A DNA stretch of 64,000 nt from an uncultured delta proteobacterium (lineage in GTDB: Bacteria; Desulfobacterota; Desulfarculia; JACQYL01; CAWGVV01), in NCBI GenBank assembly GCA_963821845.1, contig CAWGFI010000006.1:513478-577477 (forward strand), given 5' to 3'. Of the stretch, positions 46,991 to 56,830 are shown in pieces (the stretch's first letter is position 1; the number at the start of each line of letters is the position of its first letter). The notes below the pieces were generated by a model. That model was not told the DNA's origin, did not search any database, and saw nothing but the letters and a program-made list of their open reading frames with translations. The position numbers and the translations under genes are program-made.

Positions 46991-48215
46991 GAGTCATTCT
47001 TTTCTTTTGAGACCTCAAAAAATATATCTTCATCCAAAGATACATTATTATAAATATAAATATCCGACCCCAGAGGGACTGGTTTTGAAATAACCCTGAA
47101 GGGGGATAAACTGCTTTGCCGCCGGAGGGGGGGCAAAGAAAGAGTTGTCCCGATTTTTCCTGTTCAATACCTGGGTTGTTCTTCTTTACGCTCTTTGGTC
47201 TCTTACTTCCTAATCATTTCGGAATCCAGGCCTACCGTGTCAGCACAGTACCCTCGGGACCAAAAATGATCACCCCGATAAGGGTTTTTGCTTCAGATCG
47301 CGAAATTAGAATATGATGCCAACGCGTATGGCCGCGACATGTAAGGAAAGTTAGTAGGATCGGCCTATAATGTCAATGAATAGTGAATTCTGTGGTAAAA
47401 GGTCCGCTAGATAAGGAATAAGGCTTAGCGTCACAACGATAGGCGTTGAAGAAGGTAATTTATGGTCGAACCCCGAATGACGTCTGCTTCCAACTCAGTC
47501 TCGCTTTCGTAGGGCTTGCCTCAATTTTTCAAATTCTAAAATATGGGCGCTCAAAGCTTCATTTTTCAATCCATAAGACCACTGGTCACTATTCTCCAAA
47601 ATCGATAACTCTGCTATGAAGCGAAACTTTTTGGAGATTCAAAATTTTCAGGTCTTCGAATCATTTCTACAAAATCCATCCCTGCCTTTCGGGTTGAGGT
47701 CTTGGCAAGCTACCATAAATCGAGCGTATTTAATGGCCGGAAGAATCGAGCAGATAAGCTTCGGCCGCCGCCGTCTCACTCCAGCCCCGCCTTGCGTAAG
47801 ACTTCGAAAAAACGCCTTCGATCAGCTTGATTTTTATAGAGCGAGCGTTTCGAATACTGTTCAACGGCAATGATCTCCCTGGCGGATAAGTACCTTTTTT
47901 TCTGGCTAACGGCGCGCGCATCACTATTCCCCGCCCAAAATTGACTGCAAGTGCAAAGCTGAAAGACAAATAGCGACCTGAAAGGGTGTTTCAATCGGCC
48001 AAATAGACCTTTCCGTATCAGGCGTATGAATTAACTAGGCTATCCCAGGTTCAACTCGGAAAGCGTCCTCCAAAATTGACTTATAGCCAAGATGGAAGTT
48101 TCAGGCGGCCCTGGTGAACCCTTGGGTTTATAACGATACTTATTCGCCGTATATGTCGACCGCCTTTGGCGCGCTTTGGGTTGATTCTGTTCAAGAAGTT
48201 GTAAAAAAGTAAAAT

Positions 48216-50261
48216 TTATCTAACGGCCCCGCTTTTTATATGAACGTCCCGCTGCGGAAAAGGAATCTCTATGCCGGCCTTTTTAAATTGTTCAAAAATG
48301 GCAAAATAGAGGGCGCTTTTTACATTCCGACGAGGAACTTTCCTTACATCAATCCAGATGAGCAGCTCAAAGTTGATCGAGCTGTCCCCATATTCGACAA
48401 ATCGTACCACCGGAGCCCTATATTTCTCAACGAGAGGTTCTTTTTCGGCCACATCCAGCAATATGCGCGCAACCTGCTGTGGGTCGGCGTTATACGATAC
48501 GCCCACCGGTACAGCCATCCGTATCAGGGCAGATGATAACGAGTAATTCACTATGGTGGTCGAAATAAGTTCAGCGTTAGGTATGAGATATTCGATATTA
48601 TCTCTGGTCCGAACGTTAGTCGCTCGGAGATAGATACCGGTTACAGCGCCAAGTTTGCCGGAGACTTCGATCCAGTCACCCCTTCGAATCTTCCCCCCGA
48701 AAATAATAGTGAAGCCGCTGATAATATTGGCCGCTATGTTTTGCAGGCCAAAACCAATGCCTATACCGAGGGCGCCGGCAAAAACCAGCAGGAACTTCAG
48801 ATCCAATCCTACTATGTTCAATGAGACGACGAAACCGATGGCCAGCAGAATATATTTAAAAAACATATTAAGGGCATAACCGAGTCCGGGATCAATCCCC
48901 AATGACGGGTATACCTTGTATTCGAAATAGTCCTGAAGCAACCGGGAGACAAAAAAGAAGCCTAGAAGAATTATTATGGCTTTGAGAATAATCCACAACG
49001 TGACCTGGGTATCCCTCAATTGAAGTATGGGAAAAGAAATTAGACGTTGAGTTACACTCAACAAACCCAGAGTATTGAGTGTGATCAAGATGGTGGCGAG
49101 TATCGTGGCAAACAACAACGCCGACCTAATAGAACGAGCGAGGGAGAGCGCTGATTCGTTTTTGATATCCAGATGCTGGGAACACTTATTCACCAGCTCG
49201 TTAAGCATATGATACACGAGAGAAACGACTAGGAAAGCGGATATAGTGAACCAAATCTTTGACAAAACCGCGCTGCCAAGGGCGGAATAGCCCAGGAGCC
49301 AGAGAAGCGCGGCCAGAAAAGAAACGCACAACAGAGTATGGTAGTATTTCTTAAGAATCCCGACAATAATCAGGTAGCTGGAATAAGGCCGTACCGGAAA
49401 GAATGATATGAACGCGTTCTTCTTGAGGAAAAGAAAAAAAGTGGATATCAGGACGATTAGATAAATGATGAATTTAAAGAGCGCAAGCACGTCTGTGCGG
49501 ACCTGAAATGCTTTCACTGTCCAGAACGTCGCAATGGCGATGAGCGCGTACAACGAGATCGCGCTTGCCCATCGAAACAAACTCAGGCCTTGAGTCGTTG
49601 TGACCGGTAAATAGTTCCGAGTCAGCGCTTCTCTCAAAGCGCTCAGGATCAAAGCGCCCACTGTCCAAAGCTCCAACAAGCGGCCGATCAGGTGAAACCA
49701 TACGGCGTCATAAGTGATCATGGCGTAAAGAAGTTTATAAAGACCCAATAAGAAAAGGGGAATAAGAATGTGAGTAACCACGGTGAGAAATGACATGAAG
49801 ATGGGGTAATACTTCTGTGGCAGGCTTTCAACTAACGGTCGGGCTTTCCCTTCAACCCATTGCATAACGCGCTTGTGACCAAGGAGGCCGTAGAGAACCG
49901 CAGAGATAAATATTAGAACGAGCAGAGAACCGAGGAACCCCAAGAGCCTGCTGTGTTCCAGGATCAATTTGGTAAGCGCCGGGATCTCTTGGGGAATTTC
50001 GATGAGCTCTCTATATATGTAATGAAAAGTGGCGCCGTCCCAACCGAGCGGCTCACGTTTGAACAAGGAGCGAGTTCTCTGCGCCAGATCCTCCTTTACC
50101 AGAGCGGCCTCCCGCCGTATGGCTTCACCCACATCTTCCTGCACCGAAATGGTCGGCTTCTCCTTCTTGTCGGGCGGTTTTTCTATATCCGCCGCGCTCG
50201 CCGTACAGGCGAAGGAAAAACAAAGAAGGAGCGTCAATAAGAGGAGCGCTCGTTTCGCCAT
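48216..50261 (-). CDS. Large mechanosensitive channel, MscS family (MscK/KefA-like architecture)
   Basis: Lies in ORF 48216..50297. I prefer the Met at 50261 (MAKRALLLLTLLLCFSFACTASA signal). Multi-TM N-terminal region, then the MscS core FAGALGIGIGFGLQNIAANIISGFTIIFGGKIRRGDWIEV...NIEYLIPNAELISTTIVNYS. AT-rich. Confidence 0.85.
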   Translation of the reverse strand: MAKRALLLLTLLLCFSFACTASAADIEKPPDKKEKPTISVQEDVGEAIRREAALVKEDLAQRTRSLFKREPLGWDGATFHYIYRELIEIPQEIPALTKLILEHSRLLGFLGSLLVLIFISAVLYGLLGHKRVMQWVEGKARPLVESLPQKYYPIFMSFLTVVTHILIPLFLLGLYKLLYAMITYDAVWFHLIGRLLELWTVGALILSALREALTRNYLPVTTTQGLSLFRWASAISLYALIAIATFWTVKAFQVRTDVLALFKFIIYLIVLISTFFLFLKKNAFISFFPVRPYSSYLIIVGILKKYYHTLLCVSFLAALLWLLGYSALGSAVLSKIWFTISAFLVVSLVYHMLNELVNKCSQHLDIKNESALSLARSIRSALLFATILATILITLNTLGLLSVTQRLISFPILQLRDTQVTLWIILKAIIILLGFFFVSRLLQDYFEYKVYPSLGIDPGLGYALNMFFKYILLAIGFVVSLNIVGLDLKFLLVFAGALGIGIGFGLQNIAANIISGFTIIFGGKIRRGDWIEVSGKLGAVTGIYLRATNVRTRDNIEYLIPNAELISTTIVNYSLSSALIRMAVPVGVSYNADPQQVARILLDVAEKEPLVEKYRAPVVRFVEYGDSSINFELLIWIDVRKVPRRNVKSALYFAIFEQFKKAGIEIPFPQRDVHIKSGAVR

Positions 50262-50944
50262 ATGGGGGTCTTTTCTCCATCGAATCGCGTTAGCCACGCC
50301 AGAGCGGACTTTAGGTCCCGGCAGCGCACGAGAACCGTGAGACGCTGTAATCAGTTAACCACCGCGTGGTTCGTAGCCTCATCCCTGTGCAACGGCGAAC
50401 TCACCTGGATGTGCGCGACAGGTTATGGCAGATAACATATCCGCCAGCCAGATGGGTGTGTTCTACACTATTGTTTCCACTAACAAAATCCAAGGACAAA
50501 ACACACCATTATGAAACCAGTCTGCCACAAACAACCCAGTTTTGATAGGCTTTTTGGTAAAGAAATCATTGCCCCCAGCACATGGACCACCTACTGTTGA
50601 TTTTTGTCGGCCTCGATGGTTTCCCTCTTGCCGCGACTAGTCGCCAAAACAATTCCATAAAATTCATTCTCGCCTTTCATGTGGAGGTTCTGGCAAGCTG
50701 ACCTAATAATGACTGGCACTATTGCTATATACCGCGTCATTCGGCGAAATCATCTTAAGCATGTACGAATTATGACATGATATTTACTGACACTTAACCA
50801 GGAATCGCGGGCGGCATCCATACACCTGATTCGCAAACCGTACCACCCTGCCACCGCTAGTTTATCTCTGGGTGACCACCTGGACCAAATATGGATTAAG
50901 CAAAACATGGAGGAGTGGATCAAAGCCAAATCGTTTACGTATAT

Positions 50945-51406
50945 AAGAGGCTTTCTAAAGACGTTGCTATCTTGGCGCTGGTAGACCATCAGGCATGCCT
51001 GATTTCAATCGTTCAGTACCTTTTCGCCCAGTGAGTTCAAGAACAACGTCCTGGCCGTGGCTGCCTGTGGCAAGTACTTCAATCTGCCCACCATTCTGAC
51101 CCAGTTTCGAGAATGGTCCTAATGGCCCAGTCGTCCCGGAACTGAAGGAAACATTTCTTGATGCGCCGTAAATTGCGCGCCCCGGCCAGATCAACGCCTG
51201 GGATAATGAAGACTTTGTCAATGCAGTCAAAAATACTGGACACACGCAACTCATCATCGCAGAAGTGGTGACTGAAGTCTGTGTGGCCTTCCCGGCCCTG
51301 TCCGCCCTCCAGGAACGATACGAGGTGTGTTCGTGATCACCGACGCCTCGGGAACCTTTTATACGAGGTCAGCCGTCACAGCGCCTGGTTGCGTATGCAG
51401 GCCGCT
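50945..51406 (+). pseudogene. Isochorismatase-family hydrolase (YcaC-like), multiply frameshifted and 3'-truncated
   Basis: Frame-hopping translation gives RLSKDVAILALVDHQA.., EFKNNVLAVAACGKYFNLPTILTQ, GPNGPVVPELKE, RPGQINAWDNEDFVNAVKNTGHTQLIIAEVVTEVCVAFPALSAL, FVITDASGTF and EVSRHSAWLRMQAA. Confidence 0.65.
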
Positions 51407-51562
51407 GACCAGTATACAGCCGTGGAGGATTGTTCCCGCTGCATGGTCCTTGGTCTTTATCCCCGCCGCACAGCGGCCTATACCCTTGACTTCCTGGACA
51501 GGGTCGTCGAGGAAATGCCCTTCCCAATTCAACGTATTCAGACAGATAGAGGCCAGCTATGA
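51407..51562 (+). mobile_element. IS481-family (DDE/rve) transposase internal fragment of about 52 codons
   Basis: Within ORF 51281..51562, QYTAVEDCSRCMVLGLYPRRTAAYTLDFLDRVVEEMPFPIQRIQTDRGQ matches the conserved integrase-core stretch of IS481-type transposases. It is fused in frame to the isochorismatase remnant. No terminal inverted repeats were identified. Confidence 0.6.
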
Positions 51563-51895
51563 CCCCTCCAAAGAACCCATGACAGAGGCAAATTATTCAC
51601 TTGACCTAAGGCTGGCTAAACTGAAAGGATGTCCGTGAATTGTACATCGAAAGAGATTAATCGCGGTGACGCCGACCATTTACGTCCTTTCTTCATTACG
51701 CGCTAACCATTCGCCTCTATACTCTTCCATAACCGCCGCAAAAATGTAACCGTAATTCTCCGCGCCATGGACTCCGATATGATTCACTTTGTCACTTTTC
51801 TATCGTATGGTGACGCGGGAAATTGATAAAAAACGCGTTTGTATCGATCCGGGTAGGCCTGGGAACCGAGCATTATCGCGCCCAAGGAGATCGTC

Positions 51896-53113
51896 TTGAG
51901 AATAGGGATATTGACTAAGGAATTTCCGCCCCATATTTACGGCGGAGCCGGAGTCCACGTTGAAAATCTGGTCAGAGAGCTGGCCAATCTGGAACAAGGC
52001 CGTAACACCATTGAAGTTCGCTGTTTCGGCGAACAGAAGGAAACCGTCGCCAATAAAAATGTGATCGGCGCTGACGCCGATCTTTGCATACCTGTTCAGG
52101 ACCCCCGTCACCGGATTTTGCTGGACACGCTTTTAAGGGATATCCTGATTGTCGGAAGTCTCAAGGACGTTGACATCATCCATTGCCACACCTGGTATAC
52201 CCACCTGGCGGGATGCCTGCTCAAATCCATGCTTGACGTTCCCCTGGTTCTGACCACTCACTCCCTGGAACCGAACCGGACCTGGAAGCGGGATCAACTG
52301 GGGAACGGCTACCACGCTTCTAGCTGGCTGGAAAAAACCGCCTACCAAAACGCGGACGGCGTTATCGCGGTGTCCGAGTCAATGCGCGAGGATGTTCATC
52401 GCGCCTACGGCGTGCCACTGGAAAGGATCGAGGTCATCCACAACGGAATCGATCCCGACGTGTACAAGCCCCAACAGAACCCGGATATCATCGCGTCTTA
52501 CGGAATCGACCTGGACAAGCCGTTTGCGCTCATGGTCAGCCGCATAACCCGGCAGAAAGGGATCACTCATTTTCTCGATTCCGTGAAGTATATGGACCCT
52601 GAAATCCAGGCTGTCCTGTGCGCCAGCTCCCCGGATACGGAGGAGCTGATGCGGGAGGTCGGACAAAAAATAGATGCGCTCCAACAGGAGCGGCCGGGCC
52701 GGGTAATCTGGATTCCCGAAATTGCGCCGCTTGATACGCTTATCACCCTGTACACGCAAGCCTCCGTGTTTGTCTGTCCTTCGATCTATGAACCGTTCGG
52801 TCTGATCAACCTGGAAGCCATGGCTTGCGGAACGCCGGTGGTCGCTTCGGCGGTAGGGGGGATACCCGAAATCATCGTGGATGGCCAAACCGGTATTCTG
52901 GCGCGCTTTAGGCCCATCGGGGCGCAAAACGCCGAACCTGAAGATCCCGACGGATTCGCTCGAACTTTGGCGGGGGCGGTAAACAAGCTGATTGCTGACC
53001 CGCAACGGCTGGAAGAGATGGGCCGTCTGGGTCGAAAACGGGTGGAGGACCACTTTACCTGGAAAGCCGTGGCGGCAAAAACGCTCGACTTTTATAGTAC
53101 GCTTATGAAATGA
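51896..53113 (+). CDS. glgM: GT4 glycogen synthase of the Corynebacterium/Mycobacterium type (GlgM-like alpha-maltose-1-phosphate synthase)
   Basis: 405 aa with a TTG start after AAGGAG. Contains MRIGILTKEFPPHIYGGAGVHVENLVRELA and the C-terminal EPFGLINLEAMACGTPVVASAVGGIPEII. Confidence 0.75.
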   Translation: MRIGILTKEFPPHIYGGAGVHVENLVRELANLEQGRNTIEVRCFGEQKETVANKNVIGADADLCIPVQDPRHRILLDTLLRDILIVGSLKDVDIIHCHTWYTHLAGCLLKSMLDVPLVLTTHSLEPNRTWKRDQLGNGYHASSWLEKTAYQNADGVIAVSESMREDVHRAYGVPLERIEVIHNGIDPDVYKPQQNPDIIASYGIDLDKPFALMVSRITRQKGITHFLDSVKYMDPEIQAVLCASSPDTEELMREVGQKIDALQQERPGRVIWIPEIAPLDTLITLYTQASVFVCPSIYEPFGLINLEAMACGTPVVASAVGGIPEIIVDGQTGILARFRPIGAQNAEPEDPDGFARTLAGAVNKLIADPQRLEEMGRLGRKRVEDHFTWKAVAAKTLDFYSTLMK

Positions 53114-53117
53114 CCCT

Positions 53118-55089
53118 TTATGGCGTATCCTGTTTGAAAAATACCGCCGCCAGGGGGGGCAGCGTCATATTTAACGAAAAGCGGTGACCGTGATAGGGGA
53201 TCGGCGCCGACTCCAGACCGCCAAGGTTTCCCTGGCCGCTGCCTCCATAAAGCGTCGCGTCGCTGTTCATCGCTTCCTTCCAAAAGCCGTCTCTGGGCAC
53301 GCCCACGCGGTAATTGGGCCGGGGCACGGGCGTAAAATTGAAGACCACGACCATCCGGTCGTTCATATCCCGGCCCTTGCGCATCAGACTCAGCGTGCTT
53401 TGTGTCGCGTCGTTGCAATCGATCCATGAAAATCCCGCCGGATCGAAATCCAGTTCGTGAAGCGCCGGTTCGTTCCGATAAAAGTGATTGAGGTCCTGCG
53501 TCCATCGATGCAGTCCGCTGTGAAGCGGATGGTCCAGCAGACCCCAGGCGAGGCTCGCCTCATGGTACCATTCGTCCCATTGGCCGATTTCACCGCCCAT
53601 GAACAGGAGCTTCTTTGCCGGTTGCGCGTACATGTAGCCGAACAGAAGCCGCAGATTGGCGAATTTCTGCCAGTCGTCGCCGGGCATTTTGCGCATGCAG
53701 CGATCCTTTGCCGTGCACCACTTCATCGTGGGACAGCGGGAGCACGAAATTTTCCTGAAGGCGTACACCATGCGGAAGGTCAGCTTGTTGTGATGGTAAG
53801 TCCGGTGGACCGGATCTTTGGACATGTATTCCAGCGTATCATGCATCCATCCCATGTCCCATTTCATGCCGAAACCGAGCCCTCCCACATAGGTGGGCCG
53901 CGAAACCATGGGCCAGGCGGTTGATTCTTCCGCAATGGTTTGCACATCGGGATAGCTTTTATAAATCTCTTCATTAAAGCGCCTCAAAAAAGAGATCGCC
54001 TCCAGATTTTCGTTGCCGCCATACTTGTTCGGTATCCACTCCCCTGCTTGCGTCCGTAGTCCAGATACAAGCATGGACGCCACCGCGTCCACCCGCAGGC
54101 CATCGGCGTGATACCGATCCAGCCAGCACATGGCGCTGCTCAGAAGGTAGCTCTGCACTTCCGTACGCCCGTAATTGAAAATCAGACTATCCCAGTCCGG
54201 GTGGACTCTCTGCCGTGGATCGGCGTGCTCAAACAGGTAGGTTCCGTCGAAATATCCCAGACTGTGCTCATCCTTGGGAAAGTGGGACGGCACCCAGTCC
54301 AGGATAACTCCGATCCCGTTCTGGTGTAGTTGGTCGACCAGATACATAAAATCCTGGGGCGTTCCGAAACGGCTGGAAGGAGTGAAATAGCCCGTGGTCT
54401 GGTATCCCCAGGAACCGTAAAAGGGATGCTCCATGATCGGTAGGAATTCCACATGGGTAAATCCCATGTCCCGGAGGTACCCGGTGAGGCGGGGCGCCAG
54501 TTCCCGGTAGGTCAGGAATCGATTTCCTTCCTCGGGCGCGCGCATCCATGAACCCAAATGCGCTTCATAAATGGCGAAAGGAGCGTCGGGAGCGTTTCGC
54601 GCCGCCCGCTGCTCCATCCATTCCCCGTCTCCCCATGTATAGTCCAGATCCCATATGATGGAGCCTGTGCGCGGAGGGACTTCGCTGTAGAGCGCGAACG
54701 GGTCCGCCTTGTCCACGCGGTATCCGCGCACTCTGGACGATACATGGTACTTATAATTCGGCGCCTTTTCCCACACCGGGAATAAAGCCCTGCCAGATCC
54801 CCGAGTTCCCCCTGGGCCGCAGGGCATGGCTCTCTTTATTCCAGCCGTTAAAATCTCCCATGACACAGACTTTTTCCGCGTTCGGCGCCCACACGGCAAA
54901 ACAGGCGCCCTCCAAGCCTTGAAAGTTCACGGGGTGGGCTCCGAGTTTTTCATACAGTCGAAAATGGCTGCCTTCATTGAATAAATAGAGGTCGTCATCG
55001 GTGAGCAGGGAGTGTTCATACAGCATCGCGTCCTTACTCGTTGCTCCCTTCATCTTAGACATGGAAACCTTCCTTTTTCGCGGGGCCAT
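53118..55089 (-). pseudogene. glgB: 1,4-alpha-glucan branching enzyme, at least three frameshifts
   Basis: The N-terminus ([21 protein letters not shown]) is in ORF 54751..55089. The GH13 core is in ORF 53118..54899. The segment ...[28 protein letters not shown] replaces the expected ...[20 protein letters not shown], which indicates two further shifts near 53.70-53.76 kb. Confidence 0.85.
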
Positions 55090-55133
55090 CCCCGTTCATG
55101 GCTTACAAATTTCTTGCCTTGGCGGTCCGATCG

Positions 55134-56795
55134 TTATGTGTTCCCGCCTTCTCTCATCAATTGCCAGACACCCCTGAGCGGAATCCTTATCCAGGTCGGC
55201 CGGTTGTTGATTTCATAGGCCAGCTCGTACACGGCCTTTTCCAGCAAATGGACGTCCAGCAGCAGTCGGCGCTCATCGGCGCTTTCAGGCAGAAACCCGC
55301 CTGCGCTAGCGCTGTCCAGATATGACCCGGTAAAGGCGGCGCACACCCAGGTGGACCAGCAGAGCGCCCATGACTCAAACAGTGGGGACTGTTCCTGGCC
55401 CGGTTGCGCGAGCAGGGTAGCGTACGCGGCGTAGTGGAACGACCGCAGCATGCCCGCCACATCCGTCATGGGCGAACGCTTTACCCGCCGCTCGCCGATG
55501 GGGCGGGCCGGTTCTCCTTCGAAGTCGATAATCAGAAAGTCATCGCCCGTATGGAGTACCTGGCCCAGATGGTAATCCCCGTGGCAGCGGATGCGCATGG
55601 CGGTAATACGCTTCTTCAGGAGGTCTTCAACGCGCCGGAGTATATCCGCTTCGCCGCTCAGAAGCGCCTCCGCCTCGCTTCGGACATCCTCCGGCAGTTC
55701 GTTCACACGCCGCCGCAGGAGCGCAAACGCCTGTTCGAGCAGCTTGGCTATTGATTGATAAAGCGCGCTCAGCGACTGATCGGAGTAGGGTTCAGGCGCG
55801 AAGTCGGGATTTGAGGGATCGGAAGCCAGCGCGGTGTGAAGCTCGGCGGTGCGTCTGCCCAACAGCTTCGCGTCGTTCAGATAGGACCCGATCAAATCGG
55901 CCACGTCATCGGGCGGCTCTTTTCCGGCCAGATCCAGGAGCCTGACGTCGCGAATCTCGCCGGGATCGTAGTTCTTCACCCACACTTTGACGCGCTCAAA
56001 AAAGGCGTCCAGCGCTCCCAGCGTATACTTCCACGCGTCGCCCTGGTTGGGAACGTAGCCCTGCAACGTGGCCAGAGTCATCTTCTCGTCGCCCTTCAGA
56101 TATTCCATGGAGCCCGCCAGGGGAGGGATGTGCTTAAATCCGCGCCGCATAAGAAAACGGCTGATCTCCAAATCCGGATTGACGCCTGGTTGCAGACGCC
56201 GAAACAGCTTGAGTATGAACTGTTTTCCGAAAATTACAGACGTGTTGCTCTGCTCACCGCTCGCCAGCGAAGGCTCAACCCGGTCATCAAGCGCCCGCCT
56301 CAGTTCCGGAAACACCGAAGTGGAAGTGGCCGCCAACTCTCCGATCATTCCTTTGATTCGATGGTCAGTGGCCATGAGGCGCAACAGGGTGTAACAGAAA
56401 TCCTGGTCCGTCATGGCGTCATAAAGAACGCCTCCTTCAACGTTTCGCTCCTTCGGCTTCAGGCGGGCCACCACGCTCGCCGGACGCTCTTCCACCAACC
56501 GATCCGCCCGCGCCTCCGTCGCGTAAGCCAAGGGAAGAACGTAGACCTCGTCCCCCTGGTCCGCGTAGCGGATCCTAACCAAGGTGATGAACGCCGGCAG
56601 CGGCGCTTCCTCGACAACGATCACTTCCTCGATTTTCGCGGACCCGATCCCGCGGGCCTTTGCGCCGAACCAGCGGCAGGCCCGCAGGTACTCGGGAAGC
56701 GCCGCTTCGAGTACGGCTTTGGCCGATCCTGACAGACACGCTTCGGGGCCGGGCACATCTTCGAGTATCGGGATTTGAATCGTGTGAGCGTTCAT
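55134..56795 (-). CDS. mak: Maltokinase (Mak/Pep2-like), stand-alone
   Basis: 553 aa, intact. Contains LPEYLRACRWFGAKAR and the kinase core RCHGDYHLGQVLHTGDDFLIIDFEGEPARPIGERRVKRSPMTDVAGMLRSFHYA. Confidence 0.75.
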   Translation of the reverse strand: MNAHTIQIPILEDVPGPEACLSGSAKAVLEAALPEYLRACRWFGAKARGIGSAKIEEVIVVEEAPLPAFITLVRIRYADQGDEVYVLPLAYATEARADRLVEERPASVVARLKPKERNVEGGVLYDAMTDQDFCYTLLRLMATDHRIKGMIGELAATSTSVFPELRRALDDRVEPSLASGEQSNTSVIFGKQFILKLFRRLQPGVNPDLEISRFLMRRGFKHIPPLAGSMEYLKGDEKMTLATLQGYVPNQGDAWKYTLGALDAFFERVKVWVKNYDPGEIRDVRLLDLAGKEPPDDVADLIGSYLNDAKLLGRRTAELHTALASDPSNPDFAPEPYSDQSLSALYQSIAKLLEQAFALLRRRVNELPEDVRSEAEALLSGEADILRRVEDLLKKRITAMRIRCHGDYHLGQVLHTGDDFLIIDFEGEPARPIGERRVKRSPMTDVAGMLRSFHYAAYATLLAQPGQEQSPLFESWALCWSTWVCAAFTGSYLDSASAGGFLPESADERRLLLDVHLLEKAVYELAYEINNRPTWIRIPLRGVWQLMREGGNT

Positions 56796-56830
56796 AGATG
56801 TCGTTCCTGAAATACCCCGCGGCGCAAGGG

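Noticed and set aside
47400-48200. Overlapping short ORFs (47616..47873 +, 47730..47969 -, 47776..47994 -) that vaguely resemble transposase/RAYT or toxin-antitoxin fragments
   Set aside because: The similarity was too weak to name a family by eye, and there are multiple stops in every frame. I treated them as debris within the AT-rich mosaic rather than as features.
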